Below, in pieces: positions 30,098 through 39,768 of a stretch of 64,000 nt of DNA. The position numbers and the translations under genes are program-made. Within the stretch, counting starts at the first letter, position 1; every line of letters begins with the position of its first letter. Origin of the DNA: a virus; the IMG/VR virus record IMGVR_UViG_3300008113_000014, positions 32,001-96,000 of that record, one strand, 5' to 3'. The notes below the pieces were generated by a model, which did not search any database, was not told the DNA's origin, and saw only the letters and a list, made by a program, of their open reading frames with translations.

Positions 30098-30874
30098 CTA
30101 TTTATATTCTCTTCTAGACCAAACTTTATTTTTATAAATACCGCCGTCTGGTTGGCGATAAAAATTTGCATTGGCTATCATTTTAGCATATATCTTTTCT
30201 TGATTTTGAAACTCTATCTCATGGCTCCAGTTTTCTCTTTTAAATGGTAAAATTTGGACATATGGAGTCCCTGCTGGTATTGTTCCTTCCCAGCCTTCTG
30301 CAATAAAAAATGGAAAGGTACCAAGCAGGTGAACACTGTCATTATCAACAACACCAGTTGTATTAATAAATGGAAGATCAAATCTATTCATAGGTGTCAT
30401 AAATAATGCACTATATCCTTCTGGAAGTTCAAATCCCCAATCTGGATACCAGGCAAAATGATCTTTGTAAAATCCTTTTGGGTGCTCAAACTGTGGCATA
30501 GCAAGTCTTTTTCCACAAAAATCTTGATGTCTTTTATCTTCTATCTTAACATCTATTGATCCTGTCTCAGTTTTAAAAAAAGTAAGGTCACAAGGAGTTC
30601 TTAATACATATCCTGTTGAAAACCCATCCATAATTGCTGGACAAGCTTTCCATGTAGGTATTTTTCCATAGTCATCTGTAGTTCCTTCTTTTGGAAAAGG
30701 ACAAACTTCTTTTGGTGCTTTGTAGTATTCACCAGTTGGCATTTTTGCAAATCTGTCGGCATCTTTATACCATTGTGGTATTTCAGACTGTGTTGTTTTA
30801 GGCACTGATTTACTATCCTTGTTTAACCAAGGCCTAAAAGATCTAAAGATTACTAAATTATCTTTTAGACTCAT
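30098..30874 (-). CDS. DUF6065-related protein
   Basis: KACPAIMD..STGY...PCD and AGTPYVQILPFKRE motifs. Confidence 0.65.
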   Translation of the reverse strand: MSLKDNLVIFRSFRPWLNKDSKSVPKTTQSEIPQWYKDADRFAKMPTGEYYKAPKEVCPFPKEGTTDDYGKIPTWKACPAIMDGFSTGYVLRTPCDLTFFKTETGSIDVKIEDKRHQDFCGKRLAMPQFEHPKGFYKDHFAWYPDWGFELPEGYSALFMTPMNRFDLPFINTTGVVDNDSVHLLGTFPFFIAEGWEGTIPAGTPYVQILPFKRENWSHEIEFQNQEKIYAKMIANANFYRQPDGGIYKNKVWSRREYK

Positions 30875-31586
30875 GATGATGCCCTAATAAATTAATATCT
30901 GTCATAATTACAACACAATATTTTGTTCCAGATATCATTGGAAGAGATGCATGTTCATATATATAGTTTGATGGGAAAATTGCTATGTCTCCAACTTTTG
31001 GTGTTAGTGTGTATCCATCTAATCTTGGAAATTTAATTTCTCCACCTTCGTAGTCGTCATTTATATATATAACTGCAGAAACTGTAGTATTGTATGCTGG
31101 TCCATGGTCGGCATGAATATTAAAGTGCTTACCCTGTCCCTCATACTTTACAAAATTAAAAGCTTCATAGTATATAACATTTATTCCCCAATATTTTGCA
31201 TAGTCATCTATGCATAGTTTTAATTTTTGATAAATCTCTTCGTGTAAATCAATTAGTTCACCATTAAACTCATCTCGTGGACCAAGATTTTCTTGCTTAT
31301 ATCTAAAATCTACAGCATCTCTTGCTTTTTTTATTGGTGTAGTAGCATTGGTTACTTGTGCTTCTGACCACTTATACTTTCTACCATTAGACAAATTGGA
31401 CTCAAGAATATTGATGTATCTTTTAGAGTCCTCCAAAGAAAACGTATTTCTGTATATATTTAATCCAAGTCCTGGATTTTCTATTACAATATTTTTTTCA
31501 GATATATCTCTATTAACCCTATTTGATACAGTCTCAGATCTATCTTTAGTAAACCATGGGTTTTCATTTTCATCATAAGTGTTCAT
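30858..31586 (-). CDS. 2OG-Fe(II) oxygenase
   Basis: HAD...YINDDYEGGE...FPSNYIYEH...KY. Confidence 0.88.
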   Translation of the reverse strand: MNTYDENENPWFTKDRSETVSNRVNRDISEKNIVIENPGLGLNIYRNTFSLEDSKRYINILESNLSNGRKYKWSEAQVTNATTPIKKARDAVDFRYKQENLGPRDEFNGELIDLHEEIYQKLKLCIDDYAKYWGINVIYYEAFNFVKYEGQGKHFNIHADHGPAYNTTVSAVIYINDDYEGGEIKFPRLDGYTLTPKVGDIAIFPSNYIYEHASLPMISGTKYCVVIMTDINLLGHHHESKR

Positions 31587-31739
31587 CTTTATCCCCTTTT
31601 TATTTATTATACACTACCTTTATCTTTTTGTAAACAAAAACAACCCTTGTTGCAAGTATTTTGCAAGACATGAATGATAGCACTCATAAAACACAAAAGG
31701 CCAAACAATGTTGGCCAATTGTATTACTTCTTTTTTATT

Positions 31740-32705
31740 TTACTGTACACCTGGAAGTGTAAAGTATGGGAAGTAAGGGTTATTTGCAGGGAAGTATGGG
31801 AAGTACGGTGGGAAGAATGGGAAGTAAGGGAAGTAAGGGAAGAATGGAGGGAAGAATGGGAAGAACGGGAAGTAAGGGAAGAAAGGTGGGAAGAACGGGA
31901 AGTATGGGAAGAACGGGAAGAAAGGTGGGAAGAACGGGAAGAATGGGAAGAACGGAAAGAAAGGTGGGAAAAATGGTGGGAAGAATGGGAAGAACGGTGG
32001 GAAGAACGGTGGGAAGAACGGAGGAAAGAACGGTGGGAAGAAAGGTGGGAAAAACGGAAAGAATGGGAAAAATGGCGGAAAGAATGGACCGAATGTAGAA
32101 ACAACAGAATTAGATGGTTGTGATGCTGCAGATGTTCCATTTGCATTTACTGCGGTAACGGTATAAGTATAAGTTCCAGCAGCAATTTCTGTAATAGTAA
32201 TTGGTGAAGCAGAACCAGTTGCAGTACGTCCAGATGAAGATGTTACAGTGTGGAATGGTGAAATTAAAGCTGAGTTTCCAGTATTTGGACTTGTAAATAT
32301 AACAGATACTACACCAGATGTTCCACCAGATGCAGATCCAATAGTTGGAGCGTTTGGCTTTGATGTTGGAACAACGGCTGCTGAGGCAGCAGATGCTGGT
32401 GATGATCCTATTGCATTTCTTGCAGTGACTGTAAAGGTATAATTTGCTGGAGTGCCAGTAGTTGACATTCCTGTAACAACTATTGGCGAAGATGCGCCAG
32501 TGGCTGTAAATCCACCAGCATTAGATGTGACTGTGTAATCAATGATTGGCATCTTGCCATCAAAAGCTGGTGGTGTAAATGCTACTGATACCTGTCCGCT
32601 ACTATATGTCCGACCTGAGCCTTGAACAGTAACTGCACCAATAGTAGGAGCTTGTGGGACTGATCTTTTTGAAGATTCGGTGGTACCATTATTAATTTGG
32701 CTCAT
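31740..32705 (-). CDS. Two fibronectin type III domains plus a ~110-aa Pro/Phe/Tyr repeat tail
   Basis: YTFTVTARNAIG and YTYTVTAVNANG Fn3 motifs; C-terminal (PFF/PPFF/PYF)n. Confidence 0.85.
   Translation of the reverse strand: MSQINNGTTESSKRSVPQAPTIGAVTVQGSGRTYSSGQVSVAFTPPAFDGKMPIIDYTVTSNAGGFTATGASSPIVVTGMSTTGTPANYTFTVTARNAIGSSPASAASAAVVPTSKPNAPTIGSASGGTSGVVSVIFTSPNTGNSALISPFHTVTSSSGRTATGSASPITITEIAAGTYTYTVTAVNANGTSAASQPSNSVVSTFGPFFPPFFPFFPFFPPFFPPFFPPFFPPFFPPFFPFFPPFFPPFFPFFPFFPFFPPFFPFFPYFPFFPPFFPYFPFFPFFPPFFPYFPYFPFFPPYFPYFPANNPYFPYFTLPGVQ
31765..32090 (+). repeat. Purine-rich 9/12-nt repeat encoding the Pro-Phe tract on the minus strand
   Basis: GGGAAGAAC/GGGAAGAACGGT-like units with synonymous variation. 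Confidence 0.9.
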
Positions 32706-32745
32706 AGCAGTAATTGTACCATAAGATTATACACTTTTTGATATT

Positions 32746-33456
32746 TTATCTAACAAATATGTACATATTTTTAGCGACCATTGAGGCATCGTTATCTGTC
32801 AGTATTTCTGGGAAAGCTCCATAATTCCTAACCATATCGTTTTCTACCACAAAAGTATGCTCTAGCGAAATATCATATGAAAATTGATATTTTAGGTTTG
32901 CAGCAAAAGTAGTTGGGCTAATACCTGAATCTGGGATATAGGTCTTGAACCAAACTTCCGTATTATTACTAAATGTTGTTAAGACTATATCATAACGAAC
33001 TGTTACAATTGATCCAACCTTTAATGCTGTTAGGTTTATTTTTTGTGACTGTGCATTATACAAAGAGACATTATTTTCTGGTAAGTATTGTTCATTATTC
33101 TTGCCTTTGCAGTCAAAGTTAAATCTGACCCATCCGTCATTTCCTTTTGTAGCACCTAAAATAATATTTTTTTGATCTTTATTTGTGTATAGGGCCCAGC
33201 CAGATTTTTGTCCTGATGGAGATAGACCACTATCCCCTGCTTTTCCGTCTCTGCCATCTTTTCCAGGCTTTCCAGCCTCTCCTTGAGGTCCTGGTATGCC
33301 TTGTATTCCAGTATCCCCTGTGTCGCCTTTTGGCCCTCTTTCTCCTTGGGCTCCAGGAACTGCAACATATGAAATTGATTGTTCTAGCTCGTATGGTTGA
33401 ACAATGTTGTCTGAATATTTTTTTGCTTTACCTGGAAAATCCATGCTTTTTGCCAT
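32746..33456 (-). CDS. Collagen-like (Gly-X-Y) virion protein
   Basis: GAQGERGPKGDTGDTGIQGIPGPQGEAGKPGKDGRDGKAGDSG. Confidence 0.8.
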   Translation of the reverse strand: MAKSMDFPGKAKKYSDNIVQPYELEQSISYVAVPGAQGERGPKGDTGDTGIQGIPGPQGEAGKPGKDGRDGKAGDSGLSPSGQKSGWALYTNKDQKNIILGATKGNDGWVRFNFDCKGKNNEQYLPENNVSLYNAQSQKINLTALKVGSIVTVRYDIVLTTFSNNTEVWFKTYIPDSGISPTTFAANLKYQFSYDISLEHTFVVENDMVRNYGAFPEILTDNDASMVAKNMYIFVR

Positions 33457-33466
33457 GGGTTAATTC

Positions 33467-33553
33467 CTATTTCTTAACCTTGAATACCTTTGTGCCAATT
33501 TTAATAATTGGAGGCATTTTTGTTGTTTGAACAGTAGCTTTTACAACTGGCAT
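33467..33553 (-). CDS. 28-aa basic peptide MPVVKATVQTTKMPPIIKIGTKVFKVKK
   Basis: TAATG overlap with the upstream stop; GGAGG RBS; fills the gap. Confidence 0.55.
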   Translation of the reverse strand: MPVVKATVQTTKMPPIIKIGTKVFKVKK

Positions 33554-33954
33554 TACAAGCCTCCTGGAGTAATATCGCCAAGCACACAAATTGATCCAAT
33601 TACTGGAGTCCAGACTGTGTTCTCTGATTCTCCTTGAGATTTTGGAATTGTTGCTTGTAAATCAAATGGTAGTTCTGCTACAACTGAGGTGTATTTGCTT
33701 CCCCAATTTTGTGTAATGTCTGATGAAATAAAAATTGTTGCGGTATGACCAGAAACAGTTACTTTAAGCTCATCAAGAATATCACCAGCAGGATCGTAGG
33801 CGGTAGATGAGAATGACCAAGTACTAATATTCCATCCAGTAACCTCGTCGTCTTGAAGGAATTGAACAGCAAGGGTAGAAGAGTCTCCACGCACAACAGT
33901 CCATTGGATATGAGCTGGTGTGGCTCCTAATTTCTCTGTTGTTGGGGTGCACAT
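33553..33954 (-). CDS. Fibre adaptor-like protein
   Basis: WTVVRGDS...FDLQ...WT pattern; paralog of 22626..23039. Confidence 0.6.
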   Translation of the reverse strand: MCTPTTEKLGATPAHIQWTVVRGDSSTLAVQFLQDDEVTGWNISTWSFSSTAYDPAGDILDELKVTVSGHTATIFISSDITQNWGSKYTSVVAELPFDLQATIPKSQGESENTVWTPVIGSICVLGDITPGGL

Positions 33955-33969
33955 ATGATTGATTATACC

Positions 33970-34028
33970 ATAAAATAAAGCTAGTACTCAGACGCAGTGG
34001 GGTGGGTTAGAATCTGAGTACTAGCAGG
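33970..34028 (-). ncRNA. Candidate ~55-nt hairpin small RNA
   Basis: Own TGTTATACT promoter (34034-34042), 13-bp stem (33980-33992/34013-34025), C-rich loop, downstream U-tract. Confidence 0.5.
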
Positions 34029-34281
34029 CTTAAAGTATAACATTATTTATTTAACTATATACAAAATGGACATTTAGGACACTAAAATTTTATAAGGCCA
34101 GGGTATTTGAAATTGTTACCAAAAAGTTATAATTAGGAATATACAAAATGTCCGTTTTATACACATTGAATAAATTGTTGATAGTGTATACTTAAAATAT
34201 ATAAAGAAAAGAACTATATCTAAACAAGGTTTTTAAAAGATAGTTTATATATTTTATATAAAGGAAAATAGGAAAATTAGG

Positions 34282-34566
34282 TTACTTGGATTTAGCAATA
34301 TAATCTAAAAGAATATCATACATATGATCTAGCTTATCACTAGTTGCTTTTCTTTTATCTCTAGCATTTTCTTGTTCAACCTTAATTGCTTTAATTTCAT
34401 CACGCATAGAAGATCCGCCGTTAGTTTTAGTTTCTGATCTGATATCTTCTACAGCTTCTGCAATTGGTGCTACTTGAATTTTTATATACCAGCGAATTGA
34501 GCCTACTATGACTGTTCCAATTGATAATAAGGCAAGAATGAATTGAGCCCAGTCAGTAGTAGTCAT
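34282..34566 (-). CDS. Membrane-anchored coiled-coil protein (lysis-cassette type)
   Basis: One TM helix followed by a TNGGSSMRD motif. Confidence 0.6.
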   Translation of the reverse strand: MTTTDWAQFILALLSIGTVIVGSIRWYIKIQVAPIAEAVEDIRSETKTNGGSSMRDEIKAIKVEQENARDKRKATSDKLDHMYDILLDYIAKSK

Positions 34567-34677
34567 AATAAGATTATTATATCATTATATAAGACAAAGT
34601 TCGGCGGGTGGATACAAAAAATTAAAGTGCTGCTTTTAAGTTTCGCCACTAAGTGAGTTGCATTAAAGTCGTCGCCG

Positions 34678-34696
34678 AAATAGAGATATCAAACCA
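34678..34696. repeat. Left arm of long-range inverted repeat
   Basis: AAATAGAGATATCAAACCA; 18/19 reverse-complement match to 51885..51903. Confidence 0.75.
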
Positions 34697-34753
34697 TCAC
34701 ATAGACACACATGGATTGACACAATCCTAGCATGTCTGATACAATGGAATTCT

Positions 34754-35377
34754 ATGCTTGATGAAATCAAAAATGTTTTAATTGGTGGTTTGCTATCCAA
34801 ATTGGCAATCCATCATTCTGTATATCGTTTACCTTGTACAAGTGAATATTTAGAAGAACTTGTATCTGATGTGCTAAACGAAAACGGTATGCCAAATGAC
34901 TGGAAGCCCGATAGAAGCCATAGCGTCAGTATAGACATGACTTTAGAGTCAGGACATAGTATATCCGTCAAGTCAGGAAGATATGACCCAGTAAAAGGAA
35001 CTCTTGTTATATCTGGATCTAGGCTAGGCAAACACGAAACATTAGAAAAGATGGTTGAGAGTGTTTCTTCTACACATGCTGATTACTATGTGTGTTTAGC
35101 CAAAGCAGACCAGGATTGGTCCTCTATACCGTCCAAAAATGAGATTAAGACATATCACCTATTTGTATTTGAAGCGTCAAACCTTGATTATGGTTTTGAG
35201 CATTGGTCAAGAAAAGAATCTAAGCATGGCAAAGGCTACAAATATGTAATGGAGATACCTGGGATGTCAGCTACTATACGTCCTACTATGTCTCATCAGT
35301 TGTGGACTACTGTATCTTGTGATATCATTGGTATACCGTCCAAATTGGAAATTAACAACGACTTTGGAACATACTAA
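34754..35377 (+). CDS. Putative PD-(D/E)xK restriction-like nuclease
   Basis: EYLEE helix...SIDMT...ISVKSG arrangement. Confidence 0.45.
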   Translation: MLDEIKNVLIGGLLSKLAIHHSVYRLPCTSEYLEELVSDVLNENGMPNDWKPDRSHSVSIDMTLESGHSISVKSGRYDPVKGTLVISGSRLGKHETLEKMVESVSSTHADYYVCLAKADQDWSSIPSKNEIKTYHLFVFEASNLDYGFEHWSRKESKHGKGYKYVMEIPGMSATIRPTMSHQLWTTVSCDIIGIPSKLEINNDFGTY

Positions 35378-35404
35378 AGTCCCGCACAGAAAAGGTGATA
35401 TAAT

Positions 35405-35590
35405 ATGAACGAAGAAGAAGTAATTGCATTTATGCTAGAAAGTCTTAACAAAGATAATCGTGATATTTGCACAAACAATGGAATGGCTCCAGAAGAAATT
35501 GAGAAGTCAATTGAACAAAGCCAAGGATCACTCGCCTTTATGATGAGTAATCTATATAGTAGAATGAAGGAGAAAAACTTAATTGCTTAA
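35405..35590 (+). CDS. Hypothetical protein
   Basis: ORF with AAGGTGA RBS. Confidence 0.6.
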   Translation: MNEEEVIAFMLESLNKDNRDICTNNGMAPEEIEKSIEQSQGSLAFMMSNLYSRMKEKNLIA

Positions 35591-36767
35591 ATACTATTAT
35601 CGTCCATCTGAAGCAATTCTTGATGACACATTGATTAAGATTAAAGGCAATGCTGACACAATTCGCATTGTAGTACAAGCAGAGTCACGTGATGAAGCTC
35701 TTGAGTTTGCTAAAGGAATTATTAATATGGCAAATTGGGAATTGGATCACTCAGAAGAGTAATCTTCCCAAAACTTGTCTCTGCCCATATTGTCTGTATT
35801 AGGCATATGGGTAGATTCTTTTTCAGAGCAATTTATGCATACCGTTTCTGAAAAAATTTGTGTTTGAAGGTTGTTTGAATCCTCAAATTCTAAGTATGCT
35901 TCTAGGTTATCTAAAAATCCCACTGCTTAGACCCCTTTAAAAAATTATTCTGCTTCTGGTTCTGACCTGTGTGAGTTTTTACATGTGCACTCTGTGCAGC
36001 ATCTGACAGGTAGCTTTGGTGCAGGTTCTGTTGTATTTTCCATAGATTCAGTATATCACAATATGGTGAAAATCTGAAAAAAATTTGATTTAGGCAAAAT
36101 CTGAATATTTCTTATCTGTGTATGATACATACATAAAGAAAATAAATACAAAAAAAATAGTGAGCACACAAGATGAATGCCCACTACCTAGCTGGATCTA
36201 CTGCCACCTTTTGTTTTAGGTGTAGTACCCTATTCGCATTTGCAAGGGTCTATGCGTGTAGTACCCTCATCAAAAATAATGATGCCAGTATCTCCACACG
36301 CCTCGCATGTGTGTGCGTACATGGCACTTATCATTTATTTACCTTAATGTCCATGACATTGGCTGAAAACTTTTTAACCTTGCCTAATTCGCTTTCGTTT
36401 AGTGATGCGATGAGGTGGTCAATAGCCTTAATCTCATGGGCGATGTTATCTATTGAAATTAACTTAGAGCCTTGCCAAATTGAGTATTTGATTTCCATAA
36501 TTAGTTTTCTTCTTTCGCTAGTAGGTGAGAGTTATTGAGAGGGCGTGATGATGATGAGAACATAGCCTCAATCTTAGCCTTATCTTTTTCACGCTGAATT
36601 GCATAGCGTTCTTGTTGTTCTTTTCTAATTCGTTCTAGTGTATTCATTTAATGAGTACCTTTCGTTTTTAACTGTTAGCGATTTGCTAACCTTTTGCTGA
36701 CCTAGGTTATTTGCCTACTATGTAGGGCTCACTAGGATTTGTGTTACTATTTAATTGTTATAGGAGT

Positions 36768-36796
36768 ATCCTATCACATACCCTGCCAAAAGTCAA
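36768..36796 (-). promoter_or_regulatory. Leftward sigma-A-type promoter
   Basis: TTGACT-N17-TAGGAT. Confidence 0.7.
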
Positions 36797-36994
36797 GGCG
36801 ACACGCCGTTGGCGTGGTGTGATATAGGTCACGCTCCAAGCGTGAAGCATAGGATAACGGCTATCGCTACGCCTACAAAGGCTCCAATTAGTCCGTAAGC
36901 GACATTCTCATCTAGGAAATCTTGTAGTGCTGTAAATGGGTTCATGTTAGTGACCTTTCGTTTAGTAGTTATATTTTAACTATCTAATACTGCA

Positions 36995-37023
36995 AGTATA
37001 ACATGGATACCTGTCAAAGTCAA
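36995..37023 (-). promoter_or_regulatory. Leftward sigma-A-type promoter
   Basis: TTGACT-N17-TATACT; also contains TGACAG-N10-TATACT. Confidence 0.7.
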
Positions 37024-37280
37024 GTCCTGACACGGCGTGTCGCATGTGATGTCGCTCACATCGCCTCGGGCGACTTGTCAAATCAACACGCCGATCATTT
37101 TAAGATTGTTATGAGATTGTTATAGTTTTCCCATAAATGTGACCTACATCTCATGTGATACGGCTCACAATGTCCGAATTGGTAGCATTTTGGATTAGAC
37201 ATTTGTCAGACCCCCATGCTACAATTACAGTATAAAGAAAAACAAGCGGTAAAGAAATCCGCTAAAGAAAGGTGGTCACT

Positions 37281-37457
37281 ATGACTACACTAAACACACT
37301 ATGCAAGTGGCATGAGCCTCTTGTTTCCGCTATCTCAGAAATTGGAGATGAGCAATTTACACTATGCATGAATTGCGATAGCAACATTGAGCGTTACTAC
37401 TATGATAGTGACCCTGAGCAATTTCCTACATGGACAGATTGGTATGTGACTAAATGA
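37281..37457 (+). CDS. Small Cys-containing hypothetical protein
   Basis: AGAAAGG RBS after the promoter; CxxC. Confidence 0.6.
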   Translation: MTTLNTLCKWHEPLVSAISEIGDEQFTLCMNCDSNIERYYYDSDPEQFPTWTDWYVTK

Positions 37458-37636
37458 ACGACACTATGCAATTTATAGATGAGCAAGGCTTATGCGCTAT
37501 GGATAACATTTGCGCTTTCTGCATAACACTATTTGACGGGTGGAATAGATTTTGCCCTAGATGTAAGGACTATAAGGGCGTTATGGCTCTCCCTGATTTT
37601 ATCAATACCTATGGAAAGGACGGACTCTCTAAATGA
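37454..37636 (+). CDS. Small Zn-finger-like protein
   Basis: CAFC...CPRC; ATGA overlap. Confidence 0.6.
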   Translation: MNDTMQFIDEQGLCAMDNICAFCITLFDGWNRFCPRCKDYKGVMALPDFINTYGKDGLSK

Positions 37637-37796
37637 GTACCTTTGTTAATCTCCCCTCAGTATGTGGGGCAACATCTGCAAGCGTAGATGTGTATGACTT
37701 AGACCTTAACCCTCATGGGGTTATCTGTTGTGACAATTGCAAATCAATTGTGTTATGCCGTAAGGCTTGGGACTACCTATACAAGGAGGCTAAGTA

Positions 37797-37934
37797 ATGC
37801 CAGTATTTAATTTTGAGTTATTTGTAGATGTAGAAGCAGATGATTTTGAGTCTGCCTTATCATGGCTAAAGGCTATGCCACTAGAGAGACAACTAGATTT
37901 CCATGTCATTGACTATAAGCAATTGGAGGCTTAA
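37797..37934 (+). CDS. 45-aa protein, paralog of 38646..38783
   Basis: MPVFNFELF...FESALSWLK; AGGAGG RBS. Confidence 0.75.
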   Translation: MPVFNFELFVDVEADDFESALSWLKAMPLERQLDFHVIDYKQLEA

Positions 37935-38092
37935 CAAATGAAAAAAAATGTTTTAATTAGTTTTGTAACTGAAGCAGACACAGACCTTCAAGCAGTTTTT
38001 AATTTGAATAAAGTTTTTGCTAAACTTAGCGAAAACGAATTAGAAAAATTTAATGCGTTTGAAGTTTTACCTGTTGAATAAATAAAGCCAAG

Positions 38093-38121
38093 ATCGCAGA
38101 AATAAAAACTCTGCGATTTTT
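38093..38121 (+). terminator. Intrinsic terminator
   Basis: ATCGCAGA / TCTGCGAT stem plus T-run. Confidence 0.7.
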
Positions 38122-38645
38122 GCCTCGGGGAGCTGTGTGATGAGTATCACAAAAAATAATTCTACGACACGCCCGAAAAGGTCCCCAATTTGTCAGTGGT
38201 ACCTGCTAGAATTGCTAGTATAAACAAAAAGAAAGGTCGTTAAATAAATGACACTAGATGAATACAAGGCGCTTGTAGAAGCGCAACGCAAGGCAAGCAC
38301 CTTGCAAGCCATGTCCCTACTAAAGAAAGGCTCAGACAAATGAGCACTTTTGATAGAATACTAAAAGAGCAACAAGAAAAAAGAATTGCTCAATCAATAA
38401 AAGATAAAGCGGTTATTGAAGCCATGTTCTCCAATAACAATCGCCCCCTTAACAATAATCATGAATTAAAGAAAGTAGAAAACTAATGAAAACTAATTTT
38501 GAGATTTCTCAACAGATAAACACTCTTGCTAAAAAGCACTATGGAGACATGGACTTAGCATGGTCATGGGGTTGCGCCCAAGCACTACTAACTACACCAC
38601 AGTTAGAGTTAATTCTAGGAATACTATTAGAGAAGGAGCCAGATA

Positions 38646-38783
38646 ATGCCAGTATTTAATTTTGACATTTCTGTTACCATTGAGGACGATAATTTTGAGT
38701 CTGCTTTATCATGGTTAAAAGTTATTCCATTGGAACGACTTGATTTTATTGTTGTTGATTATACAGAATTGGAGTTAGACTAA
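38646..38783 (+). CDS. 45-aa protein, paralog of 37797..37934
   Basis: MPVFNFDIS...FESALSWLK; AAGGAG RBS. Confidence 0.75.
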   Translation: MPVFNFDISVTIEDDNFESALSWLKVIPLERLDFIVVDYTELELD

Positions 38784-38857
38784 TGCTGGTTGTTTTAATT
38801 GCTATCACTTCATTTGCTTTTGTAATTTGGATGCATAACGGAGCATAATAAAAAAAG

Positions 38858-38885
38858 ATCACAGAACTAAAAAGCTGTGATTTTT
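38858..38885 (+). terminator. Intrinsic terminator
   Basis: ATCACAG / CTGTGAT stem plus T-run; related to the 38093 hairpin. Confidence 0.7.
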
Positions 38886-39147
38886 GCTCGGGCGTTTTCC
38901 ACAGGCTGTGTATAACTTATGTGTTTAAGGTCACACAAAATCTTTCCCATTTTACGGCGTGTCGTTTTGACTTCCTGAAACTTATCTGGTATCCTTGTAG
39001 GTATAACAATTAAATAAAGATAAATCAGGCAGTGAGCCTAGCAAATAAATGTGACGAGTATCACAGTGAGCCTAGCGAATAAATGCCAAGATTTGTCAGC
39101 CCCCCGTGATAGGATAGTCTTATCACTTAAAGAAAGGAAGTCTATAA

Positions 39148-39345
39148 ATGACTTACACTATAACACTAGAAACCTTTAATGGTTCTACTAAAAAAATCAA
39201 CCTTGCCTCTAAGGGTGCGGTTGCTCAATTCGTATCACAATACCCAACACAATTACCTGTTGGCGTATCTGTAAAAATCGCTTGCGATACTCTTGGAATA
39301 AGTGGCACACTTCGTGGCACTTCTACACTAACAAAAACAAACTAA
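39148..39345 (+). CDS. Hypothetical protein
   Basis: AGAAAGGAAG RBS after the promoter. Confidence 0.7.
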   Translation: MTYTITLETFNGSTKKINLASKGAVAQFVSQYPTQLPVGVSVKIACDTLGISGTLRGTSTLTKTN

Positions 39346-39364
39346 AGAATAGGAAATAAAATAA

Positions 39365-39568
39365 ATGAAAATTGAACACAATCTAAAATTCGTAACTGAA
39401 TTTGCAGAGGGCCACCCTGTAACTGCAACAGTAATGGCACTTGATGAAAGCACTCGTATCCTTATGCTAGAGTCAATGCTAAAAGATTTGGTAGGCTCTC
39501 GCCTGCAACCTATCCTTGATGAAATAAATGCTGGTGGGTCCTATGCAATTCTAAAGGTGGCCGAATAA
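39365..39568 (+). CDS. Hypothetical protein
   Basis: ORF in operon. Confidence 0.65.
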   Translation: MKIEHNLKFVTEFAEGHPVTATVMALDESTRILMLESMLKDLVGSRLQPILDEINAGGSYAILKVAE

Positions 39569-39768
39569 TGATGACTCGTAAAGACTATGTAAAAGTTGCC
39601 GAAATTCTTAGCAACTATTTTGCTACATCTGTTTTTGATGAACAAGGAGAAATTTTATTTGCTGATTTGGTAGATGAATTTTCTCTAATGTTTGAAACTG
39701 ATAACCCAAGATTTGACTCTGACAGATTTGCTATTGCTTGCTATAAAGAATTGGAGATGTCAAATTGA
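39568..39768 (+). CDS. Hypothetical protein (MTRKDY...DNPRFD..RF..AC family)
   Basis: Recurrent small phage protein motif; coupled start. Confidence 0.7.
   Translation: MMTRKDYVKVAEILSNYFATSVFDEQGEILFADLVDEFSLMFETDNPRFDSDRFAIACYKELEMSN

Noticed and set aside
31674-32146. Three alternative low-complexity ORFs (WEER-, SSH- and GRT-rich) over the repeat
   Set aside because: They are shadows of the Pro/Phe tract; only the 31740..32705 frame is fused to Fn3 domains and explains the third-position variation.
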